Shown: one piece after another, positions 1-8,842 of the stretch
How positions within the stretch are numbered: position 1 is the first letter of the stretch
How the letters are laid out: each line of letters begins with the position of its first letter
Assembly (NCBI GenBank): GCA_965649225.1
Contig: CBFGJX010000013.1
Span: 33,562-72,631, forward strand
Source of the DNA: a candidate division WOR-3 bacterium
GTDB lineage: Bacteria > Hydrothermota > Tepidihabitantia > Tepidihabitantales > Tepidihabitantaceae
Reading direction: 5' to 3'
DNA: 39,070 nt
Program-made: the position numbers and the translations under genes
The notes under the pieces: model-generated
Told to the model about the DNA's origin: nothing
Databases searched by the model: none
Seen by the model: the letters and a program-made list of their open reading frames with translations, nothing else

Positions 1-38
1 GGGCCTTTGGCCCGCCCGCCGCTGCCACCGGTCAACAA

Positions 39-1037
39 CTAACGAACAGCGTAGTTATCCAGCCAGAAGCGACAACCGTCGGCAATGGTACGTTCAAAAG
101 GAATGTACCGCCAGTTCAATTCAGTACAGGACTGGCGGTTATCGTAGTAGCAGTGCCACCCACTCAACCGGCCGTATGACTCGGTCAATACCGCGGGCAG
201 CCCCAGCAGGTCGCCAGCATGCTCCAGCACCGCCCCTGCAGCAGCCAGCATCCATCCCGGCAGACAGAAAATTCTCCGCCTCTGCCCGAACTCTCGCGCG
301 ATTGCCGTCAGAACTTCGTGATAAGTCACATTGGCACCGCAGGCGATGTAACAGCGTCCCGGTTGCCCCTTCTCGATCAGCGCCAGAATCATTCCCGCGA
401 CATCCCGGACATCAACCACCCCCAGCCCGCCGGCGAAGCAAGGCAGAACCGGGCTGGTGTGGACCAAACGATACAACCGGTTGTGAGCACTGTCAGCCCT
501 CGGGTCTCCCGGGCCCATTATTGACGCCGGGTTCAGTACAACCGCATTCAGCCCCTTGTCTTCGACAGATCGCAGAACCTCAAGTTGACCATCCCGCTTC
601 GACTCCATGTAGACGAACCCGCCCGGCCAGTTGTAGCTTGTTTTTTCGTCGGCCGGAACTCCGTCAGTTCTCATCCCTACCGCCCCGACCGATGACACAT
701 GAACAAGTCTTCGGACGTTATAGTGCAGGCAGGCTTCGGCAATGTGGCGGGCTCCGATGACGTTGGTTCGAATCAGCGCGTCACGGTCCCGACGCCGATG
801 ACTCACCAGCCCGGCAAGATGAAGCACGACTTCCTGGCCCTCTACGGCACGCATCACCGCGTCGCGCTCACCAACATCACCACGCTGGACACGCAGACCG
901 GTATCGGCCCATGCTGCCGGCAGCAAGTCGTCTTTCTGCAGCATCAGGGTCATTTCAGCTGCCGGCGAGAGCCGGAGGAGATTCTCAACAACCGCCCGAC
1001 CGACAAAGCCGGTGGCACCGGTGACAAGGACTTTCAA
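39..1037 (-). CDS. NAD-dependent epimerase/dehydratase (extended SDR, HpnA/dihydroflavonol reductase-like)
   Basis: TGATGFVG Rossmann motif, HLAG, HVSS and catalytic YMESK (YxxxK); TTG start overlaps the upstream TGA (TTGA). Confidence 0.88.
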   Translation of the reverse strand: MKVLVTGATGFVGRAVVENLLRLSPAAEMTLMLQKDDLLPAAWADTGLRVQRGDVGERDAVMRAVEGQEVVLHLAGLVSHRRRDRDALIRTNVIGARHIAEACLHYNVRRLVHVSSVGAVGMRTDGVPADEKTSYNWPGGFVYMESKRDGQLEVLRSVEDKGLNAVVLNPASIMGPGDPRADSAHNRLYRLVHTSPVLPCFAGGLGVVDVRDVAGMILALIEKGQPGRCYIACGANVTYHEVLTAIAREFGQRRRIFCLPGWMLAAAGAVLEHAGDLLGLPAVLTESYGRLSGWHCYYDNRQSCTELNWRYIPFERTIADGCRFWLDNYAVR

Positions 1038-1723
1038 GCTCGAAGAGCGTCTCGTTTGCGCCGCCAGCCGACAATGTCAACGCCGATGCCAATTGCGGCG
1101 TGAATCAGAAACGAGTAGAAGACCGACCCGGTCAGCAGTGCAACCAGTCCGAACAGTACCCCCCCGACCACGGTACCAAGAACTTCAGAACGGGGGTGTC
1201 CAATATGCATCAGGACTGAAAGCGCGGTTTCGATTCCCAGCGCCGGGATGACACCCACCAGCGGAACCAGTGCCAGAAAGAAGACGCCCCGGAAACACAG
1301 CTCCCAGGCCGGATAGTAGCACACCAGATAAATCAGCTCATAGAACACCAGACTTGCCGGCGAGTCGATGTCGTTACCGGCCAGCGGATAAAAACCGCTC
1401 AGCTCTCGATCCCGGGATGCAATCAGCAGGACCACGGCAATCGCCGGCAGTGCCAAAACCAGCAGCAGTAAACCGACGCTGAGATTGCCAAGGGTCAAAC
1501 CCCAACGGGCCAGTTGTGTCTGTCCACCCAGCACCGCTCCAACTGCAACCGGCACTGCCAGCAACAGCGCCGCAAAAGCGCCAAAATAGCACAGATGTCC
1601 CCTGAATCTGCCGAAGCGGGCTGCGAACTCACTGCGTCCCAGCACCGTCACCAGCAGTGTCAGAGCAAGAGCACTCCACAGGTGCACCCACCCCTGTTCA
1701 ACGGCGAGATTCAGCTGCGTCAT
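1034..1723 (-). CDS. CPBP/Abi (CAAX protease-like) intramembrane glutamic endopeptidase
   Basis: Multi-TM protein with WELCFRG, MHIGHPRSE and IHAAIG motifs; ATG at 1723 overlaps the upstream stop (ATGA). Confidence 0.82.
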   Translation of the reverse strand: MTQLNLAVEQGWVHLWSALALTLLVTVLGRSEFAARFGRFRGHLCYFGAFAALLLAVPVAVGAVLGGQTQLARWGLTLGNLSVGLLLLVLALPAIAVVLLIASRDRELSGFYPLAGNDIDSPASLVFYELIYLVCYYPAWELCFRGVFFLALVPLVGVIPALGIETALSVLMHIGHPRSEVLGTVVGGVLFGLVALLTGSVFYSFLIHAAIGIGVDIVGWRRKRDALRA

Positions 1724-2706
1724 CGACAACTTCGCAAAAACCAGTCGGTGATTGTTGCCAGCTGCGCTTCCTCATCCTCATCCGGGTGATAGTCCAGCTC
1801 CGCAACTGTCTCGGTGATGTCATAGCTTGTGTCGGTTGTCAGTCGCAGGACCCGGTAGCGTGTCATCGAGGGAACAAAAGCCGGATTGACGAACCGCCAG
1901 GTCTCCTGAACAAGCGCAAGCGCTCCAACCAGACCCGCCGGGACAAACAATTGCTGCGGTCGGCCTGCCCGCTGCTGAATGAAGCCGAAGAACCGCCGCC
2001 AGGTCATCGGGCGCGCATTCATCACCGGATAGCAGCGCCCAATCCCGGTTTGCGCCTCACAGGCACGGTGCACGGCCCGGTTCAGATTCCCGCTGTAACA
2101 GAACCCGAACCAGCGCTGACCACTGCCGATTATCAATGGCACGCCCCGTCTTGCCAGCCGGCAGAAATGTTCGCAGGATGTCCGGTCGCGCGGACCGAAC
2201 ACATCGGCCGGCCGAAGGATTACCACGGGCAGTCCTTTTCGCACAAATTGCGTCAACAGGTAGTTTTCGGTCAGCCGTTTCCACCTGACATAGGGAACGA
2301 AATCAGCCGGGCAGCCCGGCCGACTGGAACTGATACCAAGACGCCCAAGACCCATCACCAGCGCGGTCGAAATATAGACGAATCGCTCGAGCGTCCCGCT
2401 GGCCTGACCCAGCCAGCGGACAAGATTCTGTGTGGCGTCGAAAATATGCCGTCGGCAGTCCCTGTCCGTAGCCACGTCGGAAACAACCGACGCAGCATGC
2501 ACCACCCAGCTGATACCTTCAGGCAGGGCCGGTCGGGCTTTGCCGGCCAGATCGGCCTTCAGCAGCCTGACCTTGATTCCGTCAAGCAGTCGGAGGTCAG
2601 AGCTGGGACGAACAACCCCCCAGACATCAAACCCCAGTTCGCTGAAATACGCGCAAAGATTCGAACCGACGAAACCGCTTGCTCCGGTGATCAGTACGCG
2701 CTTCAA
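1720..2706 (-). CDS. NAD-dependent epimerase/3-beta-HSD-like extended SDR
   Basis: TGASGFVG, HAAS, YVRWK (YxxxK) and LRPADVFGPRD; start moved to TTG 2706 (TTGA overlap with the previous stop). Confidence 0.85.
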   Translation of the reverse strand: MKRVLITGASGFVGSNLCAYFSELGFDVWGVVRPSSDLRLLDGIKVRLLKADLAGKARPALPEGISWVVHAASVVSDVATDRDCRRHIFDATQNLVRWLGQASGTLERFVYISTALVMGLGRLGISSSRPGCPADFVPYVRWKRLTENYLLTQFVRKGLPVVILRPADVFGPRDRTSCEHFCRLARRGVPLIIGSGQRWFGFCYSGNLNRAVHRACEAQTGIGRCYPVMNARPMTWRRFFGFIQQRAGRPQQLFVPAGLVGALALVQETWRFVNPAFVPSMTRYRVLRLTTDTSYDITETVAELDYHPDEDEEAQLATITDWFLRSCR

Positions 2707-3119
2707 CGGCGAACACTGCTCGCCGGGGAAGAATCGGAAGGCACTGCCGCAACCATCTGCCAGTCCGACCCAAGCCACAGGCCAACGACCGCGACCTGCG
2801 GAAACCACCCCCGGATGCATTCAACCGCCCGGCGGAGCTGCTCGAGTTGAACCGATGGCGCGACCGGGTTACCGGCACAGTCGTCGTGCGCAACCACCGC
2901 CACCAGTCGCGACCCGTGCTTTGTCACCGAAATCTCGACGCGGTGTCTGATCGAAGCCGCCTCAGCGGTATCTGTTTCTGCCAGCAGACGCACTGGGCCC
3001 GGCTCGGTAACCATGTCGACATAATCCGCACCGTGTTTCTTTTGCAGCCATTCCAGCACCGGCACCTGGGTACGCCCGTCCATACAGTTCACCGCGGTCA
3101 CGAAAACGAAATCGCTCAT
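2703..3119 (-). CDS. small putative beta-type carbonic anhydrase
   Basis: Zinc-ligand pattern C-x-D-x-R (NCMDGR) and H-x-x-C (AHDDCAGN); ATG 3119 in an ATGA overlap. Confidence 0.72.
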   Translation of the reverse strand: MSDFVFVTAVNCMDGRTQVPVLEWLQKKHGADYVDMVTEPGPVRLLAETDTAEAASIRHRVEISVTKHGSRLVAVVAHDDCAGNPVAPSVQLEQLRRAVECIRGWFPQVAVVGLWLGSDWQMVAAVPSDSSPASSVRR

Positions 3120-3640
3120 CGCTGCCTCGGCAACAACGGTAGCGACTTGCTCTTTTTGGCAGCGACGGTAACCGTTATCGGATTCGACCAGACATGACCT
3201 TCCCACATTCGGTACCTCCCTGACAAGTCTTTCGGCGAAACAAACTTGACTCGAAAAGCAAACGTCGCCACATCTTCGTCAATGAGAATCTTCACCGGCC
3301 GGACAACCCGGTACCGCGCCCCTGGCGGCAGGGTAACAACATCGGTGGAATCCAGCATCGTCGCGATCCTCACCCGTCCGGGCCACTCAATCTGTTCACC
3401 GGTCAAAGGATGAATGTGGTAGTAGACCACCTGCTCGTGCCAGTTGCGCCTGATCATCAGCGACCGGTCACTGGTGTTTTTCGCCTCCAGTACCACCCGG
3501 AAGGTATCGCCGACAGTGTACCGACGCCGCTCAGCACTGAGCCGAAGTCTGAGCGGCGCGTCGTCATAAACATCACGCCAGCGATCGCTGTCCCGGTTCG
3601 GGGTGAGCATCGTCAACACGGCCAGAAGACTAATCAACAT
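3116..3640 (-). CDS. hypothetical exported protein (beta-sandwich-like)
   Basis: Hydrophobic N-terminus and beta-rich pattern ending WSNPITVTV; coupled to both neighbours. Confidence 0.65.
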   Translation of the reverse strand: MLISLLAVLTMLTPNRDSDRWRDVYDDAPLRLRLSAERRRYTVGDTFRVVLEAKNTSDRSLMIRRNWHEQVVYYHIHPLTGEQIEWPGRVRIATMLDSTDVVTLPPGARYRVVRPVKILIDEDVATFAFRVKFVSPKDLSGRYRMWEGHVWSNPITVTVAAKKSKSLPLLPRQR

Positions 3641-3959
3641 CAATGCTTGTCAGGATGATTCCGAAACCTTCGTCAATCTCCGCCCCGGCGTTACACGAAC
3701 AGACATCATCAATCTGACTGAACACGCCGCCACATTTCGGGCACCTTATCCGGGTCGCAACAGACTCAAAGTCAAGTCTGGCCTCCGCTGCCAGTGTTCC
3801 CTTCGCCAACTCGCGGAAGTAGAACTCAACGCTTGCCGGCACAATTCCGGAAAGTTCACCCAGCCTGACTCGCACAACCCGGACGCGCTGCACACCATGC
3901 TGCTGAGCAACAGTCAGGACCTGTTCAACAAGCGACCGGGTAACGGAAAACTCGTGCAC
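3630..3959 (-). CDS. hypA: hydrogenase/urease maturation nickel metallochaperone HypA
   Basis: N-terminal MHE nickel motif, LGELSG, CPKC; second Zn pair is CSC. Confidence 0.88.
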   Translation of the reverse strand: MHEFSVTRSLVEQVLTVAQQHGVQRVRVVRVRLGELSGIVPASVEFYFRELAKGTLAAEARLDFESVATRIRCPKCGGVFSQIDDVCSCNAGAEIDEGFGIILTSIDVD

Positions 3960-3965
3960 AGCGGT

Positions 3966-6824
3966 CTAACGCGAAGGTACGGCCTGTCCCGTCCCCGGCG
4001 CCGGCATGAACGGCTGTTGCTGCTGTCGGCGCTGCCATCCTTCCAGCACAGCGTTGGCCCGGGCCGTATCGCCGAGCTCGTCACGGTAAAGCTGGTAAAG
4101 TGCCTGAACGGCTTCGACACGATTCGGGTCCTCGGTCAGTGCCCGCAGAAACAGCGATTCGGCTCGGGCTATGTCGCCCTTGGCCTGCCAGGCCAGACCC
4201 TGCCGCAGCGTTATCTCTGCATCGCGAAAACCGGCCCGGCTAATCGATTCCAATGAGGCCAGTGCGGCGTCATACCTGCCACTCATCGTCGCGAAGATGG
4301 AATGGTGATAATAAAGCGGAATCTTGCGCTCGGGATCAATGTCAAATGCCAGGGCCCGCTCCAGAACCTCACAGGCAAGGTCCGGCTGGTTGGTACGCTG
4401 GTATTCACTGGCCAGCGCCAGATAACTCGCCGCGTAGTTGATCAACAGCCCTTTGGTATTGTCGTCTTTATAGACGCGGGGGTCGAGCATCGAGGTCATC
4501 TTGTAAACCTCGTACAGCAGATGCCGCGTCCGCTCAACATCCACCTGATTGGTGCCCCGTTCACCTACCACCCGGTTCACCAATCCCTCTAAACGCAGAT
4601 ACGGCTCAACATCCGCCAGATTGTCCCGCGATACCGTCGTCGCAAAATACACCGGCGTCCGCGCCTGATAACCACCCCCGAATACCTTCGCCATGTACTT
4701 CTCCGGCAAGGCCGCATAGTCATCCGGCCAGGACAGCTTCACACCGCCCGCCGTCGCAACAATGTCCCGAATCATCACATCCTTCAGCAGATAGGTCCGG
4801 TTGCCCTCACCGACAAAACCCTGCGGCAACCGCTCAATCTCTTCCTCAGTGAATGATATCGGCGCACCCCACCGCTTGAGCTGCCGACAGTACCATACCG
4901 TGTTCAATAACGACAGATTCGCCACCGCCACGTTCTTGCCAAACGTCGGGTCCAGCCCGGCCACCTTCGACGGTACCGTCTGCATGAACCACAGCGGAAA
5001 TGTGTCGTTGTCGCCATTGGTAAATATCACCGCCCGCTCACCAGGACAGGAAATCAGCATGTTGTAGCCGTATTCTGCCGGTATCCAGTTGTGTCGCCGC
5101 GTCACCGTCCCGTAGTTGAGTACCATCGGCACAAAGCTGTAACCCACCATCGCCCCTGACACCAGATACGTCGGCACCTTCCGCCATCGCACCGACGATG
5201 CTACCCAACGCAGAAAAGCATACACCCCAACCCCGACAAAAATCGTGTAGAACACAAACGAAAAGGCAAAGAAGTAATCGCGTTCCCGCACCTCACGATA
5301 ACGCAGCTCCGGCCGGGGATCGGTCGGCGAATACTTCAAATTGAGATAGGTAACCAGCCCGAGCGACGCAACCAGAAATGCCACAAAAATCAGCACAAAC
5401 GACCGCTTCTCCTTGCGGAACTGGTGCCACATCCCCCACAGGCCCAGCAGCGGCGGAATCATACCAAGCAGAAAACCATACAGCTTCAGCCGGTCACGCA
5501 GGAAAATGTCGAAGAACCGGTCGTTGCCCCACTGCCAGAGGAAGTACCGCAGATAGAACTTCACCTGCTCAAAATAAGCCACCAGCACCCCAAAACGGGG
5601 ATTGCGATTCAACCGCCAGTCTTCCTCATACAAAAACTGCGTCTTGCGCGGCAGCAGCTTCATCGGATCATACTGCTCCCGCCGCAATACACTGACAAAA
5701 TCACGCCACCGCGACGGATCAACCTCATTGATGCTCGGCGCCTGCCCGGCCCGCACCAGCATGATGAACTGAACACTCCCCGCCAGAAACATCAACCCCA
5801 ACATCAGCCCGACATACTTCCAGTTGAGCCGCCCCTGCCGCCACAACCAGTACAGATAGCCCCCATAAGCCAGCACAAACAACACCACCAGCACCGGCGC
5901 CTCAACCCACATCTCAATCATCGCCACCGTCGGCGAAGCCAGAAACAACACCATGTTGTCCATCACTGCTCCGCCCGTCGCCAGATACCCAATCCCCGCC
6001 ATCAACACCAGCAGCCCAAGACCATACAACACCGATATCGTCCGCGTCGACCGCTCCATCACCCGCAGCGCCAGCCAGGTCGCACCAATCATCAATGCCG
6101 CTACCACCAGCTTCAAAATCACCCCGGCCGCACCACCGCCCATCTGACTTACCGTCAGTATCACCAGAAAACCAGTCACAAACTCAAACAACCGCAGCCG
6201 CAACACCGATTCCCGATCAACCACCAGCGCAAACACCAGCACCGCAAATACCACCATCATCGGCGTGAAATGAATGCCCGTGGACAAAAACAACAGAAAT
6301 ATCGACGCCAGTATCAGCCGATTGTCTCCCGTCCCCGCCGTCACCCGGTCCCGCCACAGCAAAGCCATGTACAGCACCGACAACGCCACCACCACACACG
6401 GCCCGTACACCTCCGCCTCAACACAATTGTCCCAGTAAGAACGGGCAAACCCGCACAGCAAACCCGCCACCACACCCGCAACATGCCCAAACCAGCGAAA
6501 CCGGTCCCCCACCGCATACGCCGAAACCAGCTTGACGACTATCAGATAAATCAAACCACACGATATCGCCCCAAACAATACCGGCACAAAATTGACCCGA
6601 AACGCCACCTCTTCACTCAACGGCAACAGCGTGAATAACCGCCCAATCGCCACAAATAACGGCGTGCCCGGCGGATGCGGTATCCCCATGATGTACGACG
6701 TCGCTATCAACTCCCCACAATCCCAAAACGACGCCGTCGGCGCTACCGACCACAAGTAAACCCCAAATACCACCAACGCCACAACCAGAAATAACACCAG
6801 CCGTAAGCGAAAGGAACCGATCAC
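3966..6824 (-). CDS. DUF2723/TMEM260-family GT-C glycosyltransferase-like membrane protein with C-terminal TPRs
   Basis: SFWDCGE, PHPPGTPL, VEAEVY, RERDYFF and FTNGDNDTFPLW motifs; many TM helices; TPR-like tail. Confidence 0.85.
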   Translation of the reverse strand: MIGSFRLRLVLFLVVALVVFGVYLWSVAPTASFWDCGELIATSYIMGIPHPPGTPLFVAIGRLFTLLPLSEEVAFRVNFVPVLFGAISCGLIYLIVVKLVSAYAVGDRFRWFGHVAGVVAGLLCGFARSYWDNCVEAEVYGPCVVVALSVLYMALLWRDRVTAGTGDNRLILASIFLLFLSTGIHFTPMMVVFAVLVFALVVDRESVLRLRLFEFVTGFLVILTVSQMGGGAAGVILKLVVAALMIGATWLALRVMERSTRTISVLYGLGLLVLMAGIGYLATGGAVMDNMVLFLASPTVAMIEMWVEAPVLVVLFVLAYGGYLYWLWRQGRLNWKYVGLMLGLMFLAGSVQFIMLVRAGQAPSINEVDPSRWRDFVSVLRREQYDPMKLLPRKTQFLYEEDWRLNRNPRFGVLVAYFEQVKFYLRYFLWQWGNDRFFDIFLRDRLKLYGFLLGMIPPLLGLWGMWHQFRKEKRSFVLIFVAFLVASLGLVTYLNLKYSPTDPRPELRYREVRERDYFFAFSFVFYTIFVGVGVYAFLRWVASSVRWRKVPTYLVSGAMVGYSFVPMVLNYGTVTRRHNWIPAEYGYNMLISCPGERAVIFTNGDNDTFPLWFMQTVPSKVAGLDPTFGKNVAVANLSLLNTVWYCRQLKRWGAPISFTEEEIERLPQGFVGEGNRTYLLKDVMIRDIVATAGGVKLSWPDDYAALPEKYMAKVFGGGYQARTPVYFATTVSRDNLADVEPYLRLEGLVNRVVGERGTNQVDVERTRHLLYEVYKMTSMLDPRVYKDDNTKGLLINYAASYLALASEYQRTNQPDLACEVLERALAFDIDPERKIPLYYHHSIFATMSGRYDAALASLESISRAGFRDAEITLRQGLAWQAKGDIARAESLFLRALTEDPNRVEAVQALYQLYRDELGDTARANAVLEGWQRRQQQQPFMPAPGTGQAVPSR

Positions 6825-7582
6825 TCCGCCTCCTTGAGCAGTGCCTGTTGAACATTATACCTGAGCTGGGACGGGGTCAGATTCGTGATCAGCCGCCCCC
6901 GGTAAGCACAACTGATGCGCCCGGTCGTCTCTGACACAATCACCGCCACTGCATCGGTGACGGTAGCTATCCCCAGCCCGGCCCGGTGCCGCATACCAAC
7001 CGGTCCATCACGCTCGGTCGTCTCACCCAGCGGCAGAGTGCAACCGGCGGCGACAATCTGACCCGATGCGATAATGATCGCCCCGTCATGCAGCGGCGAG
7101 GGTGGGGTAAAAAGGGAAACAATCAGAGCCGCTGACACCCGCGCGTCGAGGCGGGTGCCGGTCTCGACGTACTCACGAAGGCCAATCTCGCGTTCGATCA
7201 CGACGAGACCGCCAATATGGTGATCCCGCATCTGGGCGGCGGCATCAACCACTTCGTCAATCAGTGCCGTATCCGGCTGCTGCTTGAGCAAAAACCGCAG
7301 CGGACGATACCGGCCAAAACGCGACAGAATCGTTCTTATTTCCGGCTGGAAGATAATCACGAAAGCCACAATCCAGACCGTCGTCAGGGATTCAACTATC
7401 AATCCCAGGGCCTTGAAGTCCAGCCAGCGCGCCACCAGCGAAACAACCACCAGACTGAACAGCGCGTACAGCATCCGAATCGCCCGGGTGCCTTTGAGAA
7501 AACGGAGAAAGTAGTAGGCGATCAACGCTACCACCAGAATGTCGACAACATCCCCGATTCGGAAACGCACAAAAGAAATCAT
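6821..7582 (-). CDS. cdaA: diadenylate cyclase CdaA (c-di-AMP synthase)
   Basis: Three N-terminal TM helices, IIFQPEIR, and catalytic LHDGA and GMRHRA motifs. Confidence 0.93.
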   Translation of the reverse strand: MISFVRFRIGDVVDILVVALIAYYFLRFLKGTRAIRMLYALFSLVVVSLVARWLDFKALGLIVESLTTVWIVAFVIIFQPEIRTILSRFGRYRPLRFLLKQQPDTALIDEVVDAAAQMRDHHIGGLVVIEREIGLREYVETGTRLDARVSAALIVSLFTPPSPLHDGAIIIASGQIVAAGCTLPLGETTERDGPVGMRHRAGLGIATVTDAVAVIVSETTGRISCAYRGRLITNLTPSQLRYNVQQALLKEAE

Positions 7583-8778
7583 GTCTCTTGGCTGGGGAAA
7601 ATTGCCTCAAAAACCGCCAGCGCGCGCCGCACTGCGGCAACATCATGAACCCGCAGGACCCTTGCCCCACCCATCACTGCCGCGAGGCAGGCAGCAATTG
7701 TTCCTTCCAGCCGGTTCGCCGGATCCCCGCCGGTCAACTCACCAATGAACGCCTTGCGGGAAACCCCAGCGAGCACCGGCAGTCCAAGCGTTCTGAGCTC
7801 CGACAACCGGCGCAGTATCTCATGGTTGTGAGCGAACGTCTTGCCGAAACCGATGCCTGGGTCGACTGCGATTCGGCTCCGGTCAATCCCGGCTGACTCG
7901 GCACGGCTGACGGCCAGAGCCAGACCGCCGACAATTTCGGCCATCAGGTCGCGATAGACCGGCCGGCGCTGCATTGTCCTCGGTCGCCCCTTGATATGTA
8001 CCAGTACACAAGACATTCCAGCACGGGCAACCGTGCTGGCCATCGCCGGATCAGCGCTGAATCCCGAAACGTCATTGACTGCCGCAACGCCTTCGCGGGC
8101 GGCAAAACCGGCCACCCGGGAGCTCATCGTATCGACCGACAGGGGCGCGCGGCATTCACGGCTCAGTCGGCGCAAAACCGGTCGCAGCCGGCGTATCTGT
8201 TCGGCAGGTTCCACTGGTCGTGAACCGGGCCGGGTGGATTCGGCGCCGATGTCAATGATATCGGCTCCTTCCCCCTCAAGTTTCAGCGCATGCTCGACTG
8301 CTGCCTCGGGGTCCAGATACCGACCGCCGTCCGAGAACGAATCGGGAGTAACATTAACAACCCCCATCAGGTGAACACGCTGCGACAACTTGAACAAGCG
8401 GTTGCCGACGCGCCAGCTCAACTCCCGCCCAGTGACCCGATCAACCGCCATGTCAATTTCTCCGGCCAGGCGGGCCGCGCAGGATGGCTGACCCGAAAGT
8501 CGCTGGGCAACTGACCTCAGTTGTCGGGCAGTGCCAAACAAGACTGCGTCACTGCGTCGCACCCGACCAGTGATGACATCGCGATTGACCGCACAGTCGG
8601 CACCACAGATCAGAGCAGTCTGCTTCAGTATATTGGCTGCAGCCTGCGACAAACCCTCCAGCCTGACAGCAAGAACCCCCGCCTTCGCCGCAAAAATACC
8701 CCAGCTGGCCGGATCGGCGCCAACGCGGGCCAGTTCCTGGCAAAGGTCTGGATAATGATGAAGTGCGAGTAACCGCAC
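7579..8778 (-). CDS. folP: dihydropteroate synthase with ~130-aa N-terminal extension
   Basis: NVTPDSFSDGG, GAESTRPG, DPGIGFGK, SRK and RVHDV motifs. Confidence 0.94.
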   Translation of the reverse strand: MRLLALHHYPDLCQELARVGADPASWGIFAAKAGVLAVRLEGLSQAAANILKQTALICGADCAVNRDVITGRVRRSDAVLFGTARQLRSVAQRLSGQPSCAARLAGEIDMAVDRVTGRELSWRVGNRLFKLSQRVHLMGVVNVTPDSFSDGGRYLDPEAAVEHALKLEGEGADIIDIGAESTRPGSRPVEPAEQIRRLRPVLRRLSRECRAPLSVDTMSSRVAGFAAREGVAAVNDVSGFSADPAMASTVARAGMSCVLVHIKGRPRTMQRRPVYRDLMAEIVGGLALAVSRAESAGIDRSRIAVDPGIGFGKTFAHNHEILRRLSELRTLGLPVLAGVSRKAFIGELTGGDPANRLEGTIAACLAAVMGGARVLRVHDVAAVRRALAVFEAIFPSQET

Positions 8779-8783
8779 GGCAG

Positions 8784-8811
8784 GTTATAAGCGACGCCCC
8801 GAAAAAGTCAA
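8784..8811 (-). promoter_or_regulatory. sigma70-like promoter of the folP operon (probably leaderless)
   Basis: TTGACT-N16-TATAAC, only 5 nt before the GTG; no Shine-Dalgarno. Confidence 0.55.
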
Positions 8812-8842
8812 GCCGGCCACCCCGGAACGAACCGTAACCCCG

